Below the pieces are notes generated by a model that searched no databases, had not been told where the DNA came from, and was given only the letters and a program-made list of their open reading frames with translations. The position numbers and the translations under genes were made by a program. Source: a bacterium (GTDB taxonomy: Bacteria > UBA8248). From it: 64,000 nucleotides of DNA. Of the stretch, positions 10,602-20,153 are shown in pieces; the first letter of the stretch is position 1, and every line of letters starts with the position of its first letter. The stretch lies in contig OZ241875.1 of NCBI GenBank assembly GCA_965203325.1, positions 2,528,001-2,592,000 of the forward strand. Direction: 5' to 3'.

Positions 10602-11483
10602 ATGGTCCGGGTCGCAGGCGAGTCCTCCCGAACGGCCAGATACCTGAACCTGAGCCGCGCGGGGGAGAACGACCCCGTCATCATCTGCTACGAGGCCGCA
10701 GGCGACGGCACGCCGATCCTCTGCGTGCCGGGGCTGGGCGATACGGTATGGGTGTGGCGGGAGATCGTCCCCACGCTCACGAGCATGCACCGCGTGGTCG
10801 CGGTGGAGCCGAGGGGGCACGGGCGCTCCTCGAACCCGCCGGGGAAATACACGCTCGCCGAGATGGCGGGGGATATCGGGGCCGTCGCCTCCCGCCTGGG
10901 CCTGAACCGCCCCGTCCTCATCGGGCACGGTCTGGGGGCGAGGGCGGCGCTTCTGCTCGCCATCGAGCAGCCCCGCCTGCCGGGCGCGCTCATTCTCATC
11001 GCGACGGGTGCGGCGCCCGCCGCCAAGAGCGTGCGCAGGGGCGTGGCCGAGCGCATCCATCTGGCCGAGGCGGGCGACATGCAGGAGGCATACCGGAACA
11101 GAAAGAGCGAGGGCAGAGGACCCAGGGGGATGACCCCCAAAGAGCGCGCGGAGCATCACCGCCTGTTTCTGCGGGGCGACCCTTCGGGATACGCCTCGGC
11201 GGGATACGCGGAGCTTCTCGCGCCCGACCTCACCGCGCGACTCGGCGAAGTCGCCTGTCCCGTGCTCGCCCTCACCGGCGAGGAAGACCCCGAATACCAT
11301 GAGGATGCACGAACCCTCTCGGCGGGGATTCCCCGGTGCGAGTCCATTCTCATCGAGGGGGCGGGCCGCTACGCGCAACTCGACAGGCCCGAGGCCGTGC
11401 TCGCTCTCATCCATGATTTTTTCAGGAAACACCATCTTTCAGTCGCCAAATCGACGGAGGAAACCCATGAGCCGATTAATTGA
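10602..11483 (+). CDS. Alpha/beta hydrolase-fold protein (canonical nucleophile Ser absent)
   Basis: PRGHGRS motif; nucleophile elbow reads GHGLG. Confidence 0.8.
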   Translation: MVRVAGESSRTARYLNLSRAGENDPVIICYEAAGDGTPILCVPGLGDTVWVWREIVPTLTSMHRVVAVEPRGHGRSSNPPGKYTLAEMAGDIGAVASRLGLNRPVLIGHGLGARAALLLAIEQPRLPGALILIATGAAPAAKSVRRGVAERIHLAEAGDMQEAYRNRKSEGRGPRGMTPKERAEHHRLFLRGDPSGYASAGYAELLAPDLTARLGEVACPVLALTGEEDPEYHEDARTLSAGIPRCESILIEGAGRYAQLDRPEAVLALIHDFFRKHHLSVAKSTEETHEPIN

Positions 11484-12147
11484 TCTTACAGCCCCCCTGG
11501 GACATCCCGACCTTTGCGAGGTGCCGACGTTTCCGCCTGTGGAATACTGGCGGTTTCACGAACATCCCACGCACGGCCGCCAGAACAGCGCGGTCCGGAT
11601 GGCGATCCACCAGGGAACGCACCTGGACGCGCCCAGCCATTTCTTTCCCGACGGCGCCAACATCGACGAGATGCCGCTCGAGACCTTCTGCGGACGCGCC
11701 GTGAAGATCGACCTGAGGGAAACCGTGCAGGAGGCAGGCCCCATCACCCGGGCTATGATCGAAGCAAGCCCCGGCTTCGAACCCGGACGCCTGGACGGGG
11801 CCATCGCCGTCACGTGGACGGGCTGGGCGAAGGAGAAGCTCTTCACGCCCGGTTACTTCGCCACCAACCCCTACCTGGACACGGAGGCGTGCCACTTCCT
11901 GTGCGATTGCGGCATGAAGGCCCTTTGCATGGACCACGGGATCGACCCGGGCATGCAGGACGACTTCGTCGCCCACCACGAGGACTCCCCCGGCCACCGC
12001 GCCGTGCTGGGCCGGGGCGTTCCGCTCATCGAGCACGTCATCAACCTGGAAACTTTCGAGGAGAGCGAATTCGAGATGTTCGCCTTTCCGGTGAAACTCT
12101 ACAGAATCGAGGGTGCGCCCGCGCGCGTGGTCGCGCGTCTCGATTGA
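11467..12147 (+). CDS. Cyclase/kynurenine formamidase-family metal hydrolase
   Basis: HQGTHLDAPSHF motif and GAPARVVA C-terminus. Confidence 0.9.
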   Translation: MSRLIDLTAPLGHPDLCEVPTFPPVEYWRFHEHPTHGRQNSAVRMAIHQGTHLDAPSHFFPDGANIDEMPLETFCGRAVKIDLRETVQEAGPITRAMIEASPGFEPGRLDGAIAVTWTGWAKEKLFTPGYFATNPYLDTEACHFLCDCGMKALCMDHGIDPGMQDDFVAHHEDSPGHRAVLGRGVPLIEHVINLETFEESEFEMFAFPVKLYRIEGAPARVVARLD

Positions 12148-12164
12148 AAGGGAGGAACTTAAGC

Positions 12165-12557
12165 TTGCCGTTTTACCGAATATCCGAGATGGAAACGAAG
12201 TACATCGACATGGGCAAGGCGCAGACGCAAAGCGTCGCCGGAGAACTCATGAAGGCGGGCATGATCACCTATCCCGCGGACGGCGGCCCGCCGCCTCATT
12301 ACCACCCGAACGAGGAGCAGTTTCTGCTGGTGATGGAGGGAAAGGCGAACGTGATCCTGGGGGATGAGACCCGCGTCGTCGAGCCCGGCGATCTGGTGCA
12401 CATCCGCCGCAACGAGCGCCACGGCCTCCGCATCACCGAGGGGCCGTTCGCCTTCTTCACCGTGAAGAGCCCCGCAGGCGACGGTGACCTCTACCAGGAC
12501 TACAACAAGGCCGATGACGCCGAAGCGGCGCGGGAGAAACTGGAATCCACATTATAG
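12165..12557 (+). CDS. Cupin domain protein
   Basis: TTG start after GGAGG; PHYHPNEEQ...RHG; paralog of the next gene. Confidence 0.85.
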   Translation: MPFYRISEMETKYIDMGKAQTQSVAGELMKAGMITYPADGGPPPHYHPNEEQFLLVMEGKANVILGDETRVVEPGDLVHIRRNERHGLRITEGPFAFFTVKSPAGDGDLYQDYNKADDAEAAREKLESTL

Positions 12558-12586
12558 GATCACTTTTTTGACCAAGGAGATTTTGC

Positions 12587-12973
12587 ATGCCGTTTTATAA
12601 AATGGAAGACCTTCCTCAGGGGTCCTCATCGGTAGGCCCCGCCGTGAGCCACGCGACGGCGGGCGAGTTGATGAAGGTGGGCTGGGTGATCTATCCGCAG
12701 GGAGACGGCCCGCCGCCGCACTTTCATCCCAACGAGGAACAGTACATCCTGATGCTCGAGGGAAAGATGAACATGATCTGCGGCGAGGAGACGCGCGAGA
12801 TCGGCCCGGGCGAACTGGTGCACATCCCCAGAAACACGCGCCACGGCATCTACATCACCGAAGGCCCGGCGAAATTCTTCGCGGTGAAAAGCCCGGCTGG
12901 TGACGGCACGCTGGATCAGGACTACAACAAGGCGTCCGATGCCGACGAGGTGGCCGAACAGCTCAAGAACTAG
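12587..12973 (+). CDS. Cupin domain protein
   Basis: PHFHPNEEQ...IPRNTRHG. Confidence 0.88.
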   Translation: MPFYKMEDLPQGSSSVGPAVSHATAGELMKVGWVIYPQGDGPPPHFHPNEEQYILMLEGKMNMICGEETREIGPGELVHIPRNTRHGIYITEGPAKFFAVKSPAGDGTLDQDYNKASDADEVAEQLKN

Positions 12974-12989
12974 AAAGCGGAACGGGAAG

Positions 12990-13279
12990 GGGTTGTTGTA
13001 AAAGTCCCTTTTCAAGGGGGTAGAGGGAACACCCTCTCACGACTGGAAAAGCACCCCCCCTACCCCTCCTTGTCAGGGGGGTAAAGGCGATGCCCCCCGA
13101 CGAGGAGGTGGAAGAAAAGCCCCCTTGTCAGGGGGATAGGAAAAGGCGACGCTCGCCGCTGGTAAAGGGATTTTTGTTTTTTCTTGCCCCCCTGACAAGG
13201 GGGGGTAGGGGGGGTGCCTTTATCCCCTGACAAGGGGGGCGAAAGCGGTGCCTCCGGCGAGGGGCTTTTTCAACAGCCC
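12990..13279. repeat. MITE/REP-like palindromic element
   Basis: Imperfect terminal inverted repeats GGGTTGTTGTAAAAGTCCCT / AGGGGCTTTTTCAACAGCCC; four internal CCTTGTCAGGGG / CCCCTGACAAGG units. Confidence 0.65.
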
Positions 13280-13280
13280 G

Positions 13281-13311
13281 AAAAAAGCCGGTGGAACGCC
13301 CCACCGGCTTT
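13281..13311. terminator. Intrinsic terminator, probably bidirectional
   Basis: AAAAAAGCCGGTGG-N6-CCACCGGCTTT between convergent genes. Confidence 0.75.
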
Positions 13312-13321
13312 CTTTGTGTTT

Positions 13322-13855
13322 TTACTGCTGTGACTGCTGTGCCGCCTGCGCCATCCGCTGTTTCCGGAACTGCACGGCCTGGATGACGTCCTGCCAGACG
13401 AGACGCCCGAGGGGGCCCGAACTGTAGAGCGAGATGTTCACCTTCCCGTCGGGTGATAGCAGAAAGTTGGTGGCGTGGAGAAACGTCCTCGGCTTATCGC
13501 CCGCCTCGGGTGCGTAGAAAGCGCCCGTCGCTTCTGATATCCGCGCGGGGTCCAGGCTGTGGCCGACCGGAAAGTTCACCTTGCCGGCTTCGATGGACTG
13601 CAATGCTTCCTCTTCGGGGTCGGTGGACGCCGCGACGACCTTGATGCCCTCTGCTTCGAGTCTTTCTCCCGCCCGGGAGAATCCCGCCATCTGGGCGATG
13701 CAGTAGGGTCACCAATGGCTGCGGTAGAAAATGACGACGCCCCACGAGCCCAGCAAGTCGCCGGGCAGGGAGATTTTTCCGCCGCCCACCTTGGGAATAT
13801 CGAGACTCGGGAAATCATCCCCGGTGTCGAGGAACAACTGGCTCACTTTCGGCAT
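13322..13855 (-). CDS. AhpC/TSA (peroxiredoxin-like) selenoprotein, Sec at codon 49
   Basis: MPKVSQLFLDTGDDFPSL...FYRSHW-TGA-PYC; in-frame TGA at 13709-13711 replaces the first Cys of CxxC; frame continues to 13322. Confidence 0.85.
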
Positions 13856-14015
13856 GACGAACTCCACTGTTGTTCAGAAAAATGAATTCGGCTGAATCGA
13901 GTGCGCTCGATGTTACATCTCCCACAAAACAAAGAAAACCGGCCAGTTCAATCTTTGCGCAAAAAAACACCCCCTCGAAGCCTTAAGCCAAGGGGGTGCC
14001 CGAAAAAGATGCGCG

Positions 14016-14516
14016 CTAGTTTTGGGACGCCATCATCTTCTTTTGGAACTGAACCAGACCCACCACGTCCTGCCAGACGAGGCGGCCGATGGGGCCCGTG
14101 CTGTAGACGGCGACGGCCACCGTTCCGTCGGGCTTTAAGACATAACCCGTGCTGTGAATGATCTGGCGTTTTTCCTCATAGAAACACCCCGTGAGTTCGG
14201 AAATATGCTTGTTGTCCAAGCCATAGCCCACGGGGAAATTGAGTCCGCATTCCTCAATCGTTCCCTTCGCGTTCTCCTCCGTGTCCACGGAGGCTGCAAC
14301 AACCTTGACGCCTTCTTCGGCGAGCTTCGCCGATCTGTCGAAGGCCGTAAGCTGCTGCTTGCAGTACGGTCACCAGTGTCCCCGGTAGAGCAGAACCACT
14401 CCCCAGTCGCCCGCGAGGTCGCCGGGCAGGGAGATTTTTCCACCTCCTACCCGGTCCACCTCGAGGCTCGGGAAGGGATCGCCCGAGTCGATCATCTTGT
14501 CCGTCATACGTGGCAT
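14016..14516 (-). CDS. AhpC/TSA (peroxiredoxin-like) selenoprotein, Sec at codon 49
   Basis: MPRMTDKMIDSGDPFPSL...LYRGHW-TGA-PYC; TGA at 14370-14372; paralog of 13322-13855. Confidence 0.85.
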
Positions 14517-14745
14517 CAATGCGCCCTCCAGAAATGAATGAAGAAAAAACCTGAGACGAAGCGTTCCGAAACCCGACCATTTATACCCCTGCGGGAGAGA
14601 CAATTCAAACCGAATCGCACATCACACGCTCCATCGCGCCGATGATCATTGCGTTTTTCATCCCGGCGGTCTTGACAGGCCGAAGCCTCCTTTTTAGCAT
14701 AGGCCCACTTTTCAGAAGGCTCTCAATGAGCACAGGAGACCCTCG

Positions 14746-15024
14746 ATGAGCAACGCGATTTCTTGTGAATGCAAGACCATTAAGCTGCAGGGTGAATTCG
14801 AAACGGCGGCCGACGCCTGCAACACTGAGGTTCACCTGTCCGATGAGGACGCGGAGCGCTATCTCCCCCGAGATGAATCCCAGGAAAACATGGTCATCTC
14901 GAAAGATTGCCGGATTCCCCCTCTCACCAGCGTCATCCGCTACGGCGAGGGTTATTACGTGCTCAAGAAAGGCCGGGTCATGCGGGAGGGCTTCAGCAGA
15001 ACGCTTCCCGAATACAAGCAGTAA
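14746..15024 (+). CDS. Small hypothetical protein
   Basis: AGGAG RBS, 92-aa ORF co-oriented with the downstream cupin. Confidence 0.6.
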   Translation: MSNAISCECKTIKLQGEFETAADACNTEVHLSDEDAERYLPRDESQENMVISKDCRIPPLTSVIRYGEGYYVLKKGRVMREGFSRTLPEYKQ

Positions 15025-15088
15025 ATGCGCCGGCGGGTTTCGCCGACTTCCAGAAATGAATCGTCACCCAACCCCGAGGAGATGACCC

Positions 15089-15451
15089 ATGCGCGCCCAA
15101 AAATACAGTTGGGACGAGATGCCCGAGGAGGTCCTGAACGATACCCTGTCGCGGAAGATGGTGGTGGGCGAAAAAGAGATGCTTTGCTGGCTCAAGCTCA
15201 AGCCCGGCTGCGTTGTACCCCTGCACAGCCACGAACACGAGCAGATATCCCATGTTTTACAGGGTAAGCTCCGGTTCCACATCGACGATGAGACCGTGGA
15301 TATCGGGCCGGGCGAAACGCTCCTCATCCCCCCGCACGTCCCCCACTCCGTGGAAGTCGTGGGCGATGAAACGGCGATTGACTACGACATCTTCAGCCCC
15401 ATCCGAGAAGACTGGGTCGACGGGACAGATAATTATCTGAGAGACGGCTAG
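15089..15451 (+). CDS. Cupin domain protein
   Basis: PLHSHEHEQ...IPPHVPH, DIFSPIREDW. Confidence 0.9.
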   Translation: MRAQKYSWDEMPEEVLNDTLSRKMVVGEKEMLCWLKLKPGCVVPLHSHEHEQISHVLQGKLRFHIDDETVDIGPGETLLIPPHVPHSVEVVGDETAIDYDIFSPIREDWVDGTDNYLRDG

Positions 15452-15601
15452 CGGGAAATTTCCGCAGGGCGGCCAGGAGGACAAAGGGTGCAGGGCGCAG
15501 GAGTGGTTCGGACTCGCACCCGGATGCTCCCCGCCCCCGATTTGCCGCCTGGCCAGACAAACACGAATCAAAGAAAAACCCCAAAACGGCGCTTTCTCTC
15601 A

Positions 15602-15809
15602 ATCCCAAGATATTGTATCCACAATTCATCGCAACACTATATATAGAATCTACGTAAATGATTGCTTTATTTGCGCTAATGCGGTTATCCCCATCTGGAT
15701 AACCTGTGGGTAAAATCACCTTTTTAACCCAATATATTGTGCAGTTATACGAAAATATACTATATTTTGTATCAAATTTCTTGACAGACGCGAGGATTCA
15801 GCTTACATT
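15602..15809 (+). promoter_or_regulatory. Sigma70 promoter with two tandem pairs of NrdR-like boxes and four DnaA-like boxes
   Basis: Palindromic cores CAAGATATTG (15606), CTATATATAG (15637), CAATATATTG (15730), CTATATTTTG (15760); 1-mismatch DnaA boxes at 15615, 15685, 15694, 15705; TTGACA (15781)-N17-TACATT (15804). Confidence 0.7.
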
Positions 15810-15812
15810 GTC

Positions 15813-16016
15813 GGGGAAGGGTAGCAGAGCAAAGTCACTTCAGCACGAGTTCAGGTAGGCGCGTCCGCCCCTCATCTTCGCTGGAAAAGCAATTTTTGCA
15901 GGCAAGTCGTCGACGTTTTGCGTGATGATTGGCGGAAGAGTGATCCCTCCGGGCATCGCCTGCCCTTTCCTTCCAGAGGATGCCCCTATCCTACCCAGGG
16001 GCCCCCACGGGGCCCC
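15813..16016 (+). ncRNA. Candidate structured ncRNA, ~185 nt plus 3' hairpin; family not recognised
   Basis: Begins just after the -10 element; 5' GGGAAGGGTAG pairs with 3' CTATCCTACCC; several internal helices; no credible ORF. Confidence 0.6.
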
Positions 16017-16078
16017 ATAAATATGAAAAGCCGGGAAACGAGACCCTGCGCCGGACGCTTGCATGCGCCGTTCAGGAC

Positions 16079-16107
16079 AAAAAAGCCCCCCTCGCCGTGA
16101 GGGGGGC
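16079..16107 (-). terminator. Intrinsic terminator of hflKC
   Basis: GC-rich hairpin followed by a T-tract on the minus strand. Confidence 0.7.
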
Positions 16108-16126
16108 ATTCTTGTTCGTCGCGTAA

Positions 16127-17038
16127 TTACTCGGGTTTCTTCACGTCTTTGTTTACGGAGCCTTGCAGGAAGCGCAGGAAATCACTGCTTGCGGGCAGCA
16201 CGAGAGTCGTCTTGTCCTTGAGCGAGCCCTCATACACCTCCAGGCTCTTCAGGAAGGCGTAGAATTCCTCATCCTGCCCGAACGCCTGGGCGTTGATGTC
16301 GATGCTCTTGGCGTCGCCCTCGCCCTTGATAGTCTGCTCTTTCTCATACGCTTCCGCGAGGAGCACGTCGCGCTCGCGGTTGGTTTCGGCCCGTATCTTC
16401 TCGGCCTGCTCTTTTCCCTCCGAGCGGTACTGGCGGGCGATTCTCTGCCGCTCGGCCCGCATGCGTCCGTAAATGGCCTTCAGGTTCTCGGCGGGCAAAT
16501 CGGCGCGCTTCAAGCGCACGTCCATAATCTGGATGCCGTAGGCGCGCGCTTTCTTGTCGCTTTCTTCTCTGACCTTGGCCATTAACTGCGCGCGTTCTTT
16601 CGCCACGATGTCGATCAAGTCCTTACGGCCGAGCTCCAGGCGCAGTTCACTGTAGATGATGTCGTCGAGGCGGGCCTGCGCCCCGGTCTCGTTGCGCACG
16701 GTGCGCAGAAACTGCAGCGGGTCGATAATGCGCCAGCGCGAGAAGTTGTCCACCACCAGGGATTTCTTGTCCTGCGTGATGATCTCCGTCGGGTTGGAGT
16801 CGTATTCGAGCAGGCGGCGGTCGAAGAACGTGAGTTGTTCCACGAACGGCAGCCGGTAGTGGAGGCCCGCGTCCCGCAAGACACGGACGGGTTTGCCGAA
16901 CCGGGTGACGACCACTTGCCTGTCTTCACGAATCGTGAACAGAAGCGAATTGAGGGCGAATACAACTATCAGGATCAAGACGAACAAGGCGATCGTCTTT
17001 TTGGGCAATTTTCTGGCTCCGGCTTCTTCGGCGCTCAT
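16127..17038 (-). CDS. hflC: FtsH protease modulator HflC
   Basis: N-terminal TM helix, SPFH domain, RMRAERQRIARQYRSEG. Confidence 0.95.
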   Translation of the reverse strand: MSAEEAGARKLPKKTIALFVLILIVVFALNSLLFTIREDRQVVVTRFGKPVRVLRDAGLHYRLPFVEQLTFFDRRLLEYDSNPTEIITQDKKSLVVDNFSRWRIIDPLQFLRTVRNETGAQARLDDIIYSELRLELGRKDLIDIVAKERAQLMAKVREESDKKARAYGIQIMDVRLKRADLPAENLKAIYGRMRAERQRIARQYRSEGKEQAEKIRAETNRERDVLLAEAYEKEQTIKGEGDAKSIDINAQAFGQDEEFYAFLKSLEVYEGSLKDKTTLVLPASSDFLRFLQGSVNKDVKKPE

Positions 17039-18081
17039 CGTTTCGTCACTCCTTCGATTCCGTTGCCCCGAAGCGGGAGGATGGGCAGCACGCCGGATTT
17101 ACCCTGATCGAGAATAACCTTGTCCACGGTCGGCATCACCTCTTTCATCATCTCCAGGTAGAGCCGCTCGCGCGTAATGGCCGGCGCTTTTTTGTATTCC
17201 TTGAGCGTCGCCAGGAAGCGATTCGCATCGCCTCGCGCGTGGCGGATCTTGGTCTCGCGGTAGGCTTCCGATTTCCTGATGATGGCGGCCACCTTGCCCC
17301 GCGTCTCCGGTATCACCTGGTTCTGGTAGCCCTGCGCCTCGTTCACGAGGCGGTTCCTGTCCTCACGGGCGCTGGCTACGTCCTTGAAGGCGTCGATGAC
17401 TTCTTTGGGCGGCGTCACGTCCTGTAGCTGCACCGCCACCACGCGCAATCCGGTTTCGTAGCGATCCAGTATCTTCTGAAGCTCCACGAGCGTCTCTTGC
17501 TGAATCGCGCCCTTTCCGGTGGTGAGCGCTTCGTCGATGGGCTTGCTGCCCACCACCTGCCGGATGGCGGCCTCGGCCGCGTGCACCACCGTCTCCCTGG
17601 GATTGCGCACCTTGAAGAGATATTTGTCCGCCTCCACGATGAGATACTGGACAATCATGTCCACATCCACCATGTTCTCGTCTCCGGTCAGCATTCTCGA
17701 CTCGTGGGGTTTGTCCGAATATCTGGCGGGAGGACCCGGGTCGATGGTGCGGAAGCCGATCTCCACGCGCTTCACTTCCGTCACCTTCGGCGTGTAGGCG
17801 GTCTCTATCGGAAACGGCATGTGGTAGTTCAAACCCGAGGACACCACCCGTTCGATGCGCCCGAACCGGAGAACGATCCCCTGCTCGTCCGGACCCACGC
17901 TGAAAATGCCCGATGCCAGCCAGATCAGGGCCACCACCACGAAAATGGCGGCAGAGGGAAGCTTGAAATTCGGCATGCGGAACTGCGGTATCTTGATCTG
18001 CGGCGGTATGCCGCCGCCACCGCCTCCTCCTCCGCTGCCCCCTTGTCTTCTCGATTTGAACTCATCCCAATCCATTGGCAT
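17035..18081 (-). CDS. hflK: FtsH protease modulator HflK
   Basis: MLTGDENMVDV, AFKDVASARED, ITRERLYLE; stop overlaps hflC start. Confidence 0.95.
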   Translation of the reverse strand: MPMDWDEFKSRRQGGSGGGGGGGGIPPQIKIPQFRMPNFKLPSAAIFVVVALIWLASGIFSVGPDEQGIVLRFGRIERVVSSGLNYHMPFPIETAYTPKVTEVKRVEIGFRTIDPGPPARYSDKPHESRMLTGDENMVDVDMIVQYLIVEADKYLFKVRNPRETVVHAAEAAIRQVVGSKPIDEALTTGKGAIQQETLVELQKILDRYETGLRVVAVQLQDVTPPKEVIDAFKDVASAREDRNRLVNEAQGYQNQVIPETRGKVAAIIRKSEAYRETKIRHARGDANRFLATLKEYKKAPAITRERLYLEMMKEVMPTVDKVILDQGKSGVLPILPLRGNGIEGVTKR

Positions 18082-18187
18082 GAGCGTCTCTCCTATTGGC
18101 GACGTGTGATGTTTGGTCGGAAAGAGCGCGAAATGTCACCTCATCAAGCGCCCATCCGCCTCACCCTATGCGGGTTATGGATTGAAG

Positions 18188-19156
18188 TCAACCAACCCGA
18201 ATTCGTTTTTGGCGCACTTGGCGCCGGTTTTCCAGGATTTGCCTGCGCGAAGGCAGCCCGCCCTGCGCGCCGTGTTTTCTCACCGAACACGATCCGGCGC
18301 TGACGGCGAAGCGCACCGCTTCTCCAAACGCCGCACCCTCGGCCAGTTTCACTGCCAGCGCGCCGCAAAACGCATCGCCCGCGCCTGTCGTATCCACTGC
18401 CTCGACCTCGGGAGGAGGCCTCATCCAGGAGGCTCCTTCCTCATCCAGGAGAAATGCCCCTTTTTCACCCGCGGTAATGACGACCTGCGAAGGCCCCAAA
18501 TCCCGTAAAGCGCGCGACGCGCGCAGGAACTCCGCATCGGTTTCGGGTATTTCCCCGAGTCCGGCCAGATGCGCCGCCTCGGTTTCGTTGGGTGCGAGCA
18601 CGTCGGTCAGGCGGAGCAATTCATCGGGCAATTCCCCCGCCGCCGGAGCCGGGTTCAGGACGTTGCGGGCGCCGCGCCTTCTTCCTCTTTCGAATGCGGC
18701 CATGCCCGACGCGACCGGAACCTCGAGCTGCGCCAGAACGACGTCGCCGTAATCGAGAAGTCCCACCCTTCTTCTCATTCGCCCGGGCGTGAGAAGCGCG
18801 TTTGAACCGGGGGCCACGGCGATCTGGTTCTCGCCTTTCGCGTCCACCACGATCAGTGCGGCTCCCGTGCTCGCCTTGCAACGCAGTATTCCACCGGACG
18901 ATATCCCGCTCTCCGCCAGGTAGCGGCCATAGGCGTCTCCGCCCGCGTCGTTTCCCAGCATGGTGACGAAACGAACCTCGGCGCCGGCGCGGACGGCCGC
19001 CAGGGCCTGATTCGCCCCTTTGCCTCCCCAGAACTCACGCCGCTCATCCCCCATGACGGTCTCGCCGGCGGAGGGGAGCCTGTCCACGCGAACGACGATG
19101 TCGATGTTCGAACTCCCCAGCACCAAAACGGCGCTCTTTTTATTTTTCATCGTCAT
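18188..19156 (-). CDS. rbsK: Ribokinase
   Basis: GGKGANQA and DTTGAGDAF motifs. Confidence 0.9.
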   Translation of the reverse strand: MTMKNKKSAVLVLGSSNIDIVVRVDRLPSAGETVMGDERREFWGGKGANQALAAVRAGAEVRFVTMLGNDAGGDAYGRYLAESGISSGGILRCKASTGAALIVVDAKGENQIAVAPGSNALLTPGRMRRRVGLLDYGDVVLAQLEVPVASGMAAFERGRRRGARNVLNPAPAAGELPDELLRLTDVLAPNETEAAHLAGLGEIPETDAEFLRASRALRDLGPSQVVITAGEKGAFLLDEEGASWMRPPPEVEAVDTTGAGDAFCGALAVKLAEGAAFGEAVRFAVSAGSCSVRKHGAQGGLPSRRQILENRRQVRQKRIRVG

Positions 19157-20153
19157 CCCATCCGCGATACCTGCGCAGATGCGAGGTGAAAAACGCCAGA
19201 AAACCCTCCACATCCAGGTCCAGGGCCACGTCGACGGGGTTCTTGACCCGTGCGTCCCTGTATTCGCGCAAATCCACCACCGTCATTCCGCGCGCAATGC
19301 CTTTACTTGCGTCCACGTCCACGCGGCAGGGGGCGGTCTCCACCAAATCCGGCTCCATCGCGACGGCCAGCGCCAGGGGATCGTGCAGGGTGATGTCGTC
19401 GGCACCCCGCCGTTTCCGGGAGAACCGCGCGTAGACTTTGATGAGGTCTCTCAGCGCAGCGCGGAACGACCCGCCGCCCCCCAATTCATCGACGCTCATG
19501 AGCGCGCGCCTCGTCACGTCCAGACCCACCATGGTGACGGGCAGACCGGATGAGAACACCTCCTTCGCCGCCAGAGGGTCGCAATAGATGTTGAACTCGG
19601 CCGCAGGCGTTACGTTCCCGGGCATCCGGGCGGCTCCTCCCATGACCACAATCCGCTTCACGCGGGAGAAGACCCCGGGCGCGCGCCGAAGCGCCAGGGC
19701 CAGATTCGTGAGCGGCCCCAGCGTGATGATGGTCAACGCCGAACCCCGCCTTGCAGCCTCCTCGACGATTACCTCCCAGGCCGGTTTCGAACTCCCCCCG
19801 CCCAGGCGGCGCAAGCGCTTGTTGTCGTCGAACATCGCTCCCATGCCCTCGGCCCCGTGAATCATTCGTGATTCGCTCCGGTTCAGGCGGCTCCCGTCCA
19901 GGGCCAGTGAGGCGCCCGGATAAACGGGAACTTCCGGAGCGTGAGGTTCGAGATGATCGCGCAGGAACGAGACGAGCCTCCTCGCGTTCCGGTAGGCCAG
20001 ACGCGCGGAAACGTTGCCGTGCACGGTCGTCACGGCGTCATACCGGAAAAAAGGCGATGCGAAACCCATCGCCAGAGCCAGCGCGTCATCCACGCCCGGG
20101 TCGCAATCCACCAGCGCGTACCGGACCGGCGATTCGCTTTTATTTCCCGTCAT
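19140..20153 (-). CDS. Nucleoside hydrolase (IU-NH family)
   Basis: DCDPGVDDA, GPLTNLA, AEFNIYCDP and LHDP motifs. Confidence 0.92.
   Translation of the reverse strand: MTGNKSESPVRYALVDCDPGVDDALALAMGFASPFFRYDAVTTVHGNVSARLAYRNARRLVSFLRDHLEPHAPEVPVYPGASLALDGSRLNRSESRMIHGAEGMGAMFDDNKRLRRLGGGSSKPAWEVIVEEAARRGSALTIITLGPLTNLALALRRAPGVFSRVKRIVVMGGAARMPGNVTPAAEFNIYCDPLAAKEVFSSGLPVTMVGLDVTRRALMSVDELGGGGSFRAALRDLIKVYARFSRKRRGADDITLHDPLALAVAMEPDLVETAPCRVDVDASKGIARGMTVVDLREYRDARVKNPVDVALDLDVEGFLAFFTSHLRRYRGWDDDEK

Noticed and set aside
13050..13245. CRISPR array
   Set aside because: Repeats are in mixed orientation with irregular spacing; no cas genes in the window
15813..15996. 6S RNA
   Set aside because: Length fits, but the helices seen are branched rather than one rod with a central bubble; not excluded without cmscan
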